DNA of 64,000 nt from Azolla caroliniana. Its lineage: Eukaryota > Plantae > Polypodiophyta. The translations under genes and the position numbers were made by a program. The first letter of the stretch is position 1. Every line of letters begins with the position of its first letter. The DNA lies in assembly GCA_043228905.1 (NCBI GenBank), contig JBHGNT010000006.1, positions 8,804,001-8,868,000 on the forward strand. The letters are read 5' to 3'. Shown here one piece after another: positions 39,759 through 51,984 of the stretch. The notes below the pieces were generated by a model. The model was not told the origin of the DNA and did no database searches. It was given only the letters and a program-made list of their open reading frames with translations.

Positions 39759-41051
39759 CTATCTGACAACTAAGGCTTGCTCCTGTTGTGGCTCTTTTTG
39801 TTCTTCCGAGGACTCGCGGTTGAGTCGTCTTCTCTTGCTTGGCTGTGTTTGGGGTTCCAGGGCCGGTAGTGTCGTTTCCTCCACCTGCTTCCTTTTCTGG
39901 GGTCGTGGTGGTACAACCTGTTGTGTGTTGGGGCATGGGCTAGGCCCTAGGGAAGTTACCGAGGGGCGCGACGTTGGCTGTCGAATGGTGACATTATCGG
40001 CCGTGTTGTCTTCCGCGGCTACCTCCTCCTCCCATTCTTGGCAGATCTCGGAAACTGCCCTTTTTTGTTGGGGTTGGGTGGGTGGTGGTGTAGATGCGGG
40101 GTTTTGGTCGGCGACAGGAGGTGAAGGCGATGTGGGCTCCTCCCATGCTTCGTGGCTGATGGCAACGAATTTCTCTCTCTGCCTTCGTGGTGGTGGTGGG
40201 GACGTGAGTGTGCGAGGGGAAGGAAGAGAAGAGGGTGGGTATAGAACCATCAAAAAGTGGGTAAGAACAGACAACATCTTCTTACCGGACTGAAATGAAG
40301 CTAAGGCGGCGCGGAGTCCCTCGCCTGTGATGATTCCCCAATCGATTCTGTTTCCTTCATACGCGCTGATGATGATGGCTGCCTTGTTCTCCGGCATGCT
40401 CGTTGGGTTCGTATGCACGAACGCATACTCCATTAATATACGAGCAATCTCCCCGAAAGCTTTGTTGGGACCGCCATACGTGCGATATGCCTTCCCTGAG
40501 GCTGAGTACTCACCGAAGTACGCCTTCATCTTTGATGCCGGGGGTATGTCGACCTCATGGTTCCCTCCCCGTTGCAAGTCCAAAACAACCCGAAGCACGT
40601 TGTTGGTGATGGCTTTGGGAGTTATACGTTTAGCCACACCTTGGGCATCTAGGTGCGCAGGGGCATCGATGATCTTCAGGTAACCGCCCAGTCCTCGTTC
40701 CTGGAGCCATGCGCGGGTTTCTGTTGAAGCGGTAAGAGGCATGGTGGAGATGGAGACGAGGTTCGACTGTGTGGAAGCGTGACGAAGAGTGATGAGGCGA
40801 GGGCGAGACACAAGAGGAACAACAGGAAGGGGAAGTCCAGCAGAGGGGTTATGAGAGCGAAAGAGGGCTTGAGAGCAAGAGCGTTTAGCGCGATGAGGGC
40901 GAGACGGGGTTTCTGAGCTTGAGAGTGATGGAGATGGGGAGTGATAATGAACTTCTGTGTTTGTGCTGCGTTTTGGAAACGGTTTTAGTAACTTACTCCT
41001 AGGGTTTTGTGCCTGAAGCGAATCCTGAAGATTCTGAGTCGTGGGTGCCAT
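39759..41051 (-). CDS. Extra ORF A of the Gypsy element (globular N-terminal domain plus Pro/Thr-rich region); likely true start ~40742
   Basis: 430-aa ORF downstream of INT on the same strand, containing MPLTASTETRAWLQERGLGGYL...IISAYEGNRIDWGIITGEGL. Confidence 0.7.
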   Translation of the reverse strand: MAPTTQNLQDSLQAQNPRSKLLKPFPKRSTNTEVHYHSPSPSLSSSETPSRPHRAKRSCSQALFRSHNPSAGLPLPVVPLVSRPRLITLRHASTQSNLVSISTMPLTASTETRAWLQERGLGGYLKIIDAPAHLDAQGVAKRITPKAITNNVLRVVLDLQRGGNHEVDIPPASKMKAYFGEYSASGKAYRTYGGPNKAFGEIARILMEYAFVHTNPTSMPENKAAIIISAYEGNRIDWGIITGEGLRAALASFQSGKKMLSVLTHFLMVLYPPSSLPSPRTLTSPPPPRRQREKFVAISHEAWEEPTSPSPPVADQNPASTPPPTQPQQKRAVSEICQEWEEEVAAEDNTADNVTIRQPTSRPSVTSLGPSPCPNTQQVVPPRPQKRKQVEETTLPALEPQTQPSKRRRLNRESSEEQKEPQQEQALVVR

Positions 41052-41264
41052 AATAAGTGACTAGCGCCACGTGTCCCGAAGGTGAGTGGGGTGCCTCTAG
41101 TGCTTTGCATGTGCTTAAATAGGGACTAAATGAGTGGTGGCGAGGGGTGCTCCTAAAATTGTGGGTGCCTAGGTGGGTGGTGTAGGTGTAGCTAATCGGT
41201 GGCTAAACTATGGTTAATCCTACCTACTACTATTTTTATTAATCTCAAGAAGGTGGGTGAGTCC

Positions 41265-44200
41265 TTATTCAGGGGGACATGTGGCCTCCTCCGTGGTGGC
41301 CTCCTGAAACTCGTTTGTGTCGTGTGGCTCGGTAAACAGGTTGGTTGGTGTAGTCCCTCGATATGGTCGAAGTCGGAAACCATTGGCCCAGCTTTTGACA
41401 GTGTCGCCGGCGAGTGTGCCAAGCTGGAACGTCCCGTTGAACTCGTCGATAATCCAGAATGGACCGGTCCACCGAAATCTTAATTTTCCTGGCATTGACC
41501 CGAGTCGTGTTTGAAAAAGAAGAACTGGTTTGCCGATGGTGAGCTCCTTCTCCAGCCCGTGTCGATGTCGATCCACGAAAGCCTTGCATTGCCGTTGCCG
41601 TTGTTCGAGCTAGGCCATACTCTTTATCCTCTCTTCGCCGAGTTCGAGGAGTTGTTCCAGCCGGTATTGCTCGGATTGGGCCTCGGGGAGCCGTGCTTTG
41701 ACTTGAACTCGGAGGCTCGGGACTTGGAACTCGACAGGCATTACGGCTTCTAACCCGAACGCCATTCGAAAGGGGGTTGATTGGATGCTTGTTTTGAAAG
41801 TCGTACGATACGCCCATAGCGCGCTGTGGAGTTTGTCATCCCAATCGCTCCTGTTTTCATTGACGATCTTCTTCAGTATGGTTTGGAGGATTTTATTGGT
41901 CGATTCCGCCAAGCCGTTCGCCTGCGGGTAGTATGGTGTGCTTTTCTTGTGCACCACCGCATAGTGGTGTGTAAGCTCACGTATTATATGATTGATGAAG
42001 TGCCCACCTTGATCACTAACGAGCTCGATTGGGCATCCGTAACGGCACTAGAGATGCTCGTACACGAATTTAGCCGTGGATGCCGCCGTGTTATCTCGGA
42101 GTGCCTTAGCCTCAATCCATTTGGTGCAGTAATCTATGGCAACGATAATATACCTATTCCCTGTTCGGGCCGCGGGTGGTTTGAAAGGGCCTACAAAATC
42201 CAAACCCCATTTTTGAAATGGGTCCAACGGAAGAATCGGCTGGTGTGGCATCCGTGACTGTTCCATTGGTTGCCCCAGTCGTTCGCACAAATCGCACTGC
42301 CGGCAAAACTCGTGAGCGTCTTTCTTCGTTGTCGGCCACCACAATCCACTTTGCCAAACTTTCCTTGCCGTGGAATCCCCGACGTAGTGCCCCCCAGCTA
42401 CTCCATGGTGGGCTTCCTGAAGAACGGCGTTCTTCTCGAATTGCCGAATCGCTCGATGCTATATGCCGTCCGAGCCTTTGTGGTAGAGAATGTCCGAGAC
42501 GAGGCAAAAATTCCGGCTACGCACTGCTAGGCGTTTTCTCGCGTCAAGGGTCATGTGCTCGGGAGGTACACCGGTAGTGAGAAAATGGGTTATCTCCGTT
42601 ATCGTCTGGTATCGTGGTCAGGTTAAATAGGCTGGCGTCCGGTAGCTCGTCGTACGTTGTTTTCGCCGGTTCTCCTGACTCAAGACGGCTCAAGTAGTCG
42701 GCGACGGCATGTTGTACCCCGGGTCGATGCTGAATGTGGAAATCAAACTCTTGTAGTAGGAGCATCCACTGAGCCAACCGTCCGGTGAGGGCTTGTTTAT
42801 TGACCAAGTAAAGAAGGGCCGAGTGATCCACGTGAAAGGTAAATTTTCGGCCCAAGAGGTAATGCCGAAATTTATTGATGCTATAAATCATACCGAGGGC
42901 CTCCCGCTCGGTGGTGGAGTAATTCTTTTCCGCGGTCGAGAGCCGTCGGCTGGCATAGTACACGGGCCTATACCAATTCGGGGGTGTGCATTGCATCAGG
43001 GCACTTCCGATGGCGATGTTCGAAGCATCTACGAAGACAGGAAACGGTTTGGACCAAACCGGGGACTGGACCACCGGGGCATGTGACAACATTCGTTTTA
43101 GGGTCTGATAGGCCATGTCCTCGATTGACGTCCATTGGAAAGGAAGGCGATGGACTGCCGTGTGTAAAGGTGTCGCGAAATCGGCCAGGTGTCGTATCAT
43201 TCGGCTGTGCCACCAAATCTGTCCCAAAAAACGGCTTAGTGCCTTAGCGTTCGACGGTGCGGTGGCATTCAGGATTGCCTTTACTTTATCCGGGTCCATA
43301 GCGATGCCTTCTTGACTGACAATGTGGCCGAGAAGGTTGCCGTTGGTGACTAGGAACGCGCATTTCGCCGGGTTTAAACTCAATCGAGCTTGGCGACATC
43401 GGTCCAGGCAGAGTCGTAACTGGGTCATGTGTTTTCGTCGATGGCCATACACGGCGAAATCGTCGAGAAAGACTTGCATGAACGCCGGGATGTAGTCATG
43501 AAAGATTTCGGTGATGATGCGCTGGAATGTAGCCGGCGCCGTTTTTAGACCGAACATCATAACTTCTGCTACAAAAACACCCCATTCTGTGACGAAAGCG
43601 GTTTTCTCCTGATCCTCCGGGTGCATTCTTATCTGGTTATAGCCGTTGAACCTGTCGAGGAAACTGTAGCATTCGTGGCCGGCTACCGTGTCGAGGACGC
43701 TATCCGTGAATGGGAGAAGGAAACCGTCGGTGACTGTTGCCGGGTTAAGCTTCCGATAGTCGACGCAGACGCGGATTTTTCCGTTCTTCTTTGGGACCAC
43801 TACGATCAGGCTCAAGCATGTAGCCCGTTTAACAGGGCGAATGAAGCCCACTTGGAGTAGTTTGTCAATTTCCTCTTTGACTTTAGCGACGTAGTTGGGG
43901 TTCATCCTATAGCGCCTCTGCTGAACCAGCCGAGTGTCGGGTAAAATGTGAATTTGATGTTGGTAGTATTGAGGATCCAGCCCCTTCATATCGGTGTAAG
44001 ACCAAGCGAAAACATCCTGGTAGTCGATGAGTAATTTTATGAGGCATGCCCGTTCTCCGGTTGGTAGATTATTGGCAATTTGTAACGTACGAGGATTCTC
44101 GTCTGAACCGAGGTTTATTGTTTCCAGGGTTGATGCTTTCACTCGTTGTGAAATGGCGAGTTCGCGTTCGAAAGCCTCCCGAGCATGACGTAGCTCGGCA

Positions 44201-46518
44201 GTTGTGGTTGCATCTGGTTCCTCTTGGGGTGGTGACTCCTCCGTGACTTCCTCGTCTTTAGATGGCTCAATGGTTGGTAAGGCATTGATTTCGAAGAGAG
44301 GGATGATCATGGGATGATCATCTAGGAAGTCATCGACCTCCTCATCGGCCAACCCGTCAAGCATATGGACCCCTTCCACGTATAACAGTGAAGTGTTGAG
44401 GGCGACGGGGACTCGTTCTTCAGTGATGATGCAGACTTTTGTCTTGCCTCTTCGGAACGAGATCATGTTGTGTTGCCAATGTTGCTTGATATTCGTTGTA
44501 CGCAACCATGGTCGACCTAGTAACAGTGGGTAGGCGCCTTGTGTCTCCAGTCTCAGCACGACGGCCGAGATCGTGAACATGTGGCCTCCGAGTGTGAAGT
44601 CGAGATGGCGGATTAAACCAATGGGGCGAACGGAGCGTGTGTCGGCCATCCGAAGCCAAAAGGGGCATGGTTCCAATTGATTCAGGCCGAGGTTGAGACA
44701 CGTTAACTCGCTAATAACGTTTACGCCGGATCCGCCGTCGATGATGCATCCGTGCAGGTCTTGTCCCTTAATGATGATTCGCACGGCTGGGTTCTCAGAA
44801 TCCATGAGTGGTGGACCGGTTCTTGCTTCGGTGAGGTGTAACGGTGGCGTCACGGGCTTAGTATTGGCCTGGAGTGCCGCCATGGTGTCCCGAAATCTCG
44901 GCATGAGTGGTAGTAGTTTATGTAGGGGCAGCGAGATGCGGGAGTTGGTAAGAACATCCCATAGCTGGTCGTCCTCCTCCGACGTGGATGGTGCCGAGGT
45001 TTGTGGTACTTCACTGGGCCCGTCTCTCATGTCAGTTTGCATGCGTACGACATTATTTTTATTGGCCGTGTCGATCCATTCTTTTGCTGCCTGACGTACT
45101 TCATCCTGGATTTGCCACTGAGTAGTCTGCGCTTTACTCCGGGTAGTGACCGTTTGAACATCGGCCATGATACTGTTCACCGCGGGTGCCTTGCCACGGT
45201 TGGTTGTCGGACATTGCATGGCGTAGTGGCCTGGTTGATTACATTTAAAACATGTCACGTTGGCCGAGCTGCTGGTGTTCGCTCGGTCTGTGTGTGGAAG
45301 CTGTTGTTGTTGATTCTCGGTCTCGTGTGGTGGTGGGTTGTTCCGAGGTGCGTTGGAGTTGTGCTAGTCATTTTGAGGAGCGTCCCGTCGGCGGTTGTCA
45401 TTAGGTCTTCTATTGTTGCGTGTGTTGCGGTTGCCGTTTCGCCGATCAATGCGTGAGTTCCGTCGGTCATACCGGTCATCGCGATCGTCATCATATCGAG
45501 CATAATCGTCGTGTCGGTCATCCCGATAATGATCACGGCGGTCATCACGTCGGTAGTCGTCGTCTCTGCGCCGTCGATCCGGGGATCGCAGTCGGTCGTT
45601 ATCTTGGTCTTGGTAGATATATCGCTCGTCTTGTCGAGAGTATGTATTTCGTGGCTCGATCTGGCGGACCGGTGCCGCTGTTGTGCGGTTCAGCATATTA
45701 TATTCGAACTGCTCGACCGTGTGAGCTCGAGACTGACAAATCAAACACTGTGGTCGGTGGGGACATTCGAGGGCCAGGTGCCCTGATCCTGAACACGCCG
45801 TGCATTGGAGGGCTTGGCGAAAGCGATTGTCCTCTTAGGGAAGAGCGTTTTGCAAGGATGTCATCGAGAAGGCCGTGCCGTGCTGGTTCCGATTGAGGGC
45901 GAGAACGCGCGCTATGACTTGTTCAATAGTATGGTTGGCGAAATTTGTAAGTGCGAGAGTCGTTCGTAGAGGCTCTCGTAAACTGGATAGGAAAGTGTCC
46001 GGTATATGTTGTGCCGAGACATCATCGGCCACTTGTCTGTAGAGATCCTGGAACCGGATCGTGAACTGCGGGACCGTTTCGTGCGGTTCCTGGCATATAG
46101 AGAAGAATTGTCGGAGTAGTTCCCGTTTAGGCACCTCGCGATGAAAAAGTTCAAGGAACTTTGTGCACACGATTTGGAAAGTGGTGGCCTCTCCTATTTC
46201 GAGGCGAGAGTACCATCGTGCGGCCGGTCCATCGAGGGAGAGTGTGAACTCGGCAATCTTTGAGGCATCGATTTCGGCCGGCGTGAGGCAGTGCATGGAG
46301 TGGTTAGCCTGCCACGTGGATATGAAGGCACAGATGTGTGACTCCGTGTCTGGTCCGTCAGTGTATCGTGGGTATGGGTACGGCATGATGTCGTACTGTG
46401 GGTCTTCTGGTAGCACCGGAAAAGGGTTTAGTTCCGGTTGATTGACCTCCGGAGGGGTCGACGGGGGTTTTGGTGGTGAATCAACTCGCGATCGAGTGTC
46501 CGGTGGCGAGGATTGCAT
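41265..46518 (-). pseudogene. pol: Gypsy gag-pol (gag, RD-rich spacer, zinc knuckle, PR, RT, RH, INT with GPF module), frameshifted
   Basis: LSLDGPAARWY, CFKCNQPGHYAMQC, IIDGGSGVN, QVFLDDF, VDASNIAIG...NYSTTEREAL, KWGLDFVGP, YYPQANGLAESTNK and GKLRFRWTGPF. Confidence 0.95.
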
Positions 46519-47167
46519 TGGACAAGCCTCTGATTGATCGGGAAAGGATTGGTCAGTGACCGCCGAGTCAGAAGTTCCTTCGACTGGCTCAGGGCATCGG
46601 GCGGGTGGCCGAGACCTCGTGGTGCGAGAGGACGCCGTAACGGCGGCTGGTGGTTACCTTCAACGAAGTTCTCTGTGCACTCACAGCTGTAACCGGGCGT
46701 GCCAAATTGTGTTACCCGTTCTTTTGGGTGAACACCTTCGATAGATCTGCGGCTATCGGTCTTCAAGGGCGTGGTACGTGAAGGCTCGTAACAGAGGCGT
46801 CGAGAGAGAGACAGGGCTCAGAGAGAAAACACTAGCGAGGTCTTGATAGACGTGGGCGGAGTTGAACTCATAGGTATGGATCAAAGCACAGACTCATGGA
46901 GCAAAATGGGCACAAATCAGATATATTACTATGACAGAAAAGATTACAGAACACGGCCTATGGCCGGTGACCTTACAAGTTTATGTAGTTACGAGGGATT
47001 AATCTAGTGCTTCCGCCTATATTTTTCTTCTCTCTCTCTCTCTGAGGTACTGGTCCTCATTTAAATAACTTTTCCCCTAATACACAACCGAGCCGTCGGT
47101 GGCCCGTGATACTCGGACTCAACGTATGCTAATTTCCTAATTTTACATTTCTGTCCTCTGGACAACA

Positions 47168-50100
47168 GACAAACCCGCTACAGAATGCTGGTACTGTGGC
47201 AAAAAGGGCCACAGGGAAAGCGAGTGCTGGAGAAAGCGTGCCGATTCGGACAAATCCGGATCCGGCAAGACCGGTAAGGAAGGCCGGCAAAGCTCGCACT
47301 ACACAAACGGATCGGGAGGATCCAAGAACGGTAAGGGGCCATCCTTGGTGATGAAGCACAAGGCAAACTCAATGAAGAAGACCACTTCCAAATCGGAGGA
47401 AGTGTGGTACGTTGACTCCGGCGCATCGAACCACATGACGAGCTACGGGGAGTGGTTCTCCTTTTTGGAGAAGTCGGATCAACCGGGAGTTGTCGAAACC
47501 AGAGACGACACTCCCCACCCAATTGTGCACGTCGGAGAAGTCCCTTTGAGCCACGTCGGACAGAGGGGGAAGCTTATGAATGTATTACATGTTCCGACGA
47601 TCACGAAGAACCTGGTGTCGGTTGGACAAATCGTCGACCAGGGGATGCAGGTGCAGTTTACGCACCTCGGGTGCTTCATTGAGGATGAGAGCAAGTTATT
47701 GCGCAAGGGCGCAGAGATGGGAGGATCTTTATCCTCAACACCAATGATGTCAGCACCGTACTGTTCGCCAAAGGACAGAAGGTCGAGTCGGATATTGACC
47801 TGTGGCACAAGCGCATCGACCATGTCAACTACCAGAGGCTTCAAGACCTGCAAACGGAACAAGTCGTTTTCGGTTTGCCAAAGTTTAGCGGCCGGAGAGC
47901 CCAGATTTGTGAAGCCTACCAACTCGGGAAGCAACACCGGCTTCCATTCCCCACTGAAAGAAATCGAAGCCGTAACAAGCTCGATCTTATCCATTCGGAT
48001 GTGTGGGGACCGGCACAAAATGTTAGCATTGGCGGGAGTCGATATTTCGTCTCCTTCATCGACGACTACACGCGGCATACGTGGATCTACCTCATTGAGT
48101 GGAAGAGCGAAGTCTTCGATTGTTTCCGGAGCCTCCAGAAGATGGTGGAACGGGAATCGGAGAGGAAGATCAAATGCCTACGGTCGGATGGCGGAAAAGA
48201 GTACTTTTCCGGCCAATTCAACAGCTATCTGCAACAAGAAGGAATTCGGCGAGAATTCAGCTGCAAATACACACCGCAACAGAACGGTGTGGCCGAAAGG
48301 AAGAATCGGTCGTTGATTGACGCGGCTAGGGCAATGCTGGAGGAAAAGAGCATGCCCAAGTTCTACTGGGCGGAGGCGGTCCAAACGGTCGTTTACATCC
48401 AGAACCGGATCGGGGACAAGGTGTCAGCTCACAAGCTGAATTTGAGACACCTCCGTATATTCGGCAGCATAGCCTATGTACATGTGCTGGATGAGAAGCG
48501 GAGAAAGCTAGATGCAAAATCGGAAAAATGCATCCTAGTTGGCTATGCTCAAGAGCAAAAGGGGTATAAGTGTTATAACCCCTGGACGAAGCAAGTCCCA
48601 GTCAGCCGAGATGTCGAGTTTGATGAATCGGCATCGTGGTATTCCTTACCGACTCCGACTTCCGATCCCGACCCGATGTCGGAGGATGGGGCTAGTGAGC
48701 CCGAACTGGCCCAGGTAGAGAAAGATGAAGCCGGGACTCAAGATGAGAGTCCGGAATCGTTTCGGTTAAGCGGACCGAATGAGAGACTGGATCAGTCCAA
48801 CCAGTGGGATGATGAGATGGCGAGTAGTGGAGACTCTGTCGTGCTCTCCCCACGCAAGGAACCGAGGAGACGGTTCACACGCAAAGAGAAAGGGAAGCAA
48901 AAGATGCCAGAATTCGAGACCGGCAATGATGAGTCGGATCGGTGCGTATCTGACTTCGACAAGGACATAGGCAGATCTTCGGGAACGAAGACCGAACCGG
49001 CCAAGAAGGGTCTCATACCGGATAACGGTGAGTTACGCCGGTCCACCCGCCAGAAGGATCCCGTTAAACGGTACGGGTATAATGAGTACATGGTGCATCA
49101 TTATGCGTACATGACCAAGGTCGCGGAAGTGCGTGAGCCGGAGAGCTACGCAGAACTAGCAAAGGACGCAAATTGGCGTGCCGATATGGAGGATGAAATG
49201 CGGGCACTTGATGCCAACGGAACTTGGGACCTGGTTGACGCTCCCCGTCACTGTAAACCGATCGGATGCAAGTGGGTGTACAAGGTAAAGTACAATGATG
49301 ACGGTACAGTTAACCGGTACAAGGCCCAATTAGTGGCGAAGGGATATGCGCAGACCAACGAAATCGACTACGACGAGACCTTCGCCCCTGTAGCGAAGAT
49401 GACGACAATTCGTGTGGTACTGGCGGTTGCTGCGGCAAGGGGGTGGCATCTTCATCAGATGGATGTGAAGAATGCCTTCCTTCAAGGAGATCTTGAAGAA
49501 GAAGTCTTTATGACTCAGCCCCCCAGATTTCAGTTAGAGATGAACAAGTCGGCGGTATGCCGGTTGAGGAAGTCATTGTACGGCTTGAAGCAAGCCCCCC
49601 ATGCTTGGAATATTAAGATCACGCACCGGTTGCGAAAGATGGGGTTTGTTGCCTCTAAGTCGAACTCTTCCCTGTTCATCCGTCAAGGCTCAAACGGTCC
49701 GGTGTGTATCTTGCTCTATGTTGATGATTTAGTCATCACCGGCATAGGTCTTCCGGAAATCAACCGCGTCAAGTCCCAGTTGTCGGACGCATTTGATATG
49801 AAGGACTTGGGGGACCTTCATTATTTTTTGGGGATCGAGGTGATCCGCACCCCCCGACGACATATTGCTTTCTCAACGCCATTATGTGTTGAATATGCTG
49901 TACAAGTTCGGCATGACGGAATGTCGACCTGTCTCCACACCCCTAGACCGGAATTAGAAGATTTGTCCCAACTCCGGACCAGCCTGCGATGAGAAACAGT
50001 TCCGCCAAATAGTTGGAAGCCTGATCTACTTGACCATCACCCGACCCGACATTAGCTATCTGGTCGGAGTGGTAAGCCAATTCATGCAGAAGCCGACTGT

Positions 50101-50998
50101 GGAGCACCTTCAGTGCGCGCAACGAATACTGAGGTATGTAAGCGACACTAAGGACCAGGGGCTCTTATACCAGCAAGGTATAACCGACAAGCTTGTCGGC
50201 TACACAGATGCCGACTGGGCTGGCGACGCAATAGATTGTCGCTCAACCTCCGGCTTTATGTTTTCTCTTGGGAACGCGGTTGTTGCGTGGAGCAGCAAAA
50301 AGCAGCCAACAGTGGCTCTATCTAGCACTGCTGAATACCGAGGCGCGACCATTGCCACCTACGAAGCCATTTGGCTTCAGCGACTACTGCAAGACCTGCG
50401 GATCGAGGTACCGACCCCGATCCTGATCTACTGCGATAACCTCAACAACATGCAGCTGGCCAAGAACCCTGTGTTCCATGCTCGCACAAAGCACATAAAA
50501 GTGCATTATCACTTCGTGCATGAGCGGGTCCTGAGCAGTGAAGTTGAACTACGGTATGTTCACACGGATCGGCAAGTTGCCGACATCTTCATCAAGCCGC
50601 TCGGGTTGGACAAGTTGCAGCACTTTGCCGAAATGCTTGGTGTTCAACATCTTGATGTGCCACACTTGAGGGGGAGACGCAAGGGCAAAGACACTACCGA
50701 AACGGGCAAAGACAAAACTGTTGAACCCATAGGTAAGAGAAGAACCGGTAGAGGTGGAGACAAGAAGAAAAATGAAGCCGAGTCGATGAAGGAAGTCGAC
50801 ACATCCGAACAAGTCGGTGAACCGGCTGAAGAAGCCAAGGGAAGCACGGAGAAGGCCAAGACCCGGACGTGGTCCGATGTGGTGAGAGGCCTGAAGCCGA
50901 AAATCGAATCGGAGGATACCAATTCGGACAAGAGTTGGAGCGAGTCGGAGACAGCCGATTCGGATCAACAGACGGATCTGGATGAGTCAGATCAATGA
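47168..50998 (+). pseudogene. pol: Copia gag zinc knuckle plus pol (PR, INT, RT, RNase H) with frameshifts and a charged C-terminal tail
   Basis: CWYCGKKGHRESEC, WYVDSGASNHM, IHSDVWGP...RSDGGKEY...QQNGVAERKNR, HQMDVKNAFLQGDL, LLYVDD and YTDADWAG...ADIFIKPL. Confidence 0.95.
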
Positions 50999-51557
50999 AA
51001 GGCCAAGGAGACACGGACGCAGCGAAAGTCAATGCCATCGCGGTGGAACCGACGGATTGGCAACCGCCGGAGTCATAGCAGTGAAGGAGCTGAGATGGGC
51101 CTATTGAGCAGACATGCCGAAGGTCGAGGCGCGCAGAACCAAAGGGGTCGCGGCAAACGGAACTGGACCAGACAAGGAGCACGAGCAAGGTGAAGCGACG
51201 CTAGGAGAAGTCGGTTGGAAGAACCGGCTGCCACAGAGGTTGACACTACGACCCTACCTCAGGTTGAGCTTGAGGGGGAGTGTTGAGCAGCAAACTTGGA
51301 CTTAACTGGAGATTGCTAGTATGGTAGATTAACGTGAGTTTTACACTAAATATGGAAGTGTTCATACATTACCACTGTTGTCATTACAATTTTCAGGAGT
51401 AAGGAAGGGAGTTCAACCAATATGGGAGATACTGAGTAGTACCATTGTATATCACATTTGGAAGGCTCAGTGCTCTCTCATTTTCCATCAACTTAAAACA
51501 CCACCGGGTGAAGTGGTTTCAAACATTTGGTTAAACATAGTTCATACTTTGAAGGGT

Positions 51558-51984
51558 TGTTGAGCTGCAAGCTCAGCCGGAGCCGGATCGGCTGAATAAG
51601 CCTGAGCCGGTAAGCGAGAGGAATCGGTATGCCGGTGAGCAACCGAGCCGGTAAGCAGTAAGGACCGGTAAGCAAGAGGAGCCGGTATGCTGGATCCAAT
51701 CCGTAACCGGAAGCCTAATATAGGTTAGACTACTAGGCAGTTATAGTCTCGTAGTTAGTGTCAGATGCTCGTGTGAGCATTGAAGTACACCGTACTTCTA
51801 ACAGTCCCGTGTGGACTTGTATAAATAGCGCTGATTAGCGCATTGTAGATACAGAGCACAGAGTATTCATATAATCTTGAAAAATAGTGTGTTCTGCTCT
51901 CTCACTCTCTGTCTCTCCCACGTACTCTCTGTCTCTCTCTCTGTGCATTGTTCTTTCTAACGCTTCCGCAAGCAATCTTTCACA
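51558..51984 (+). repeat. Copia complete downstream LTR
   Basis: About 96% similar to 35792-36224 and flanked on both sides by AGGGT. Confidence 0.93.

Larger units (their letters stand above)
37095..47167 (-). mobile_element. Ty3/Gypsy non-chromovirus (OTA superclade, Phygy/Tat-like) LTR retrotransposon nested in Copia gag, with an extra 3' ORF region
   Basis: 458-bp LTRs at 37095-37552 and 46710-47167 (TGTT...AACA, ~11 substitutions). TSD TACAA/GACAA. gag-PR-RT-RH-INT on the minus strand, with no chromodomain. Confidence 0.96.
35792..51984 (+). mobile_element. Ty1/Copia LTR retrotransposon (Bryco-like), interrupted by a nested Gypsy
   Basis: LTRs TGTTGAGC...TTTCACA at 35792-36224 and 51558-51984. 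TSD AGGGT (35787-35791 / 51985-51989). PBS TGGTATCAGAGC and PPT TTGAGGGGGAG. Domain order PR-INT-RT-RH. Confidence 0.96.
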
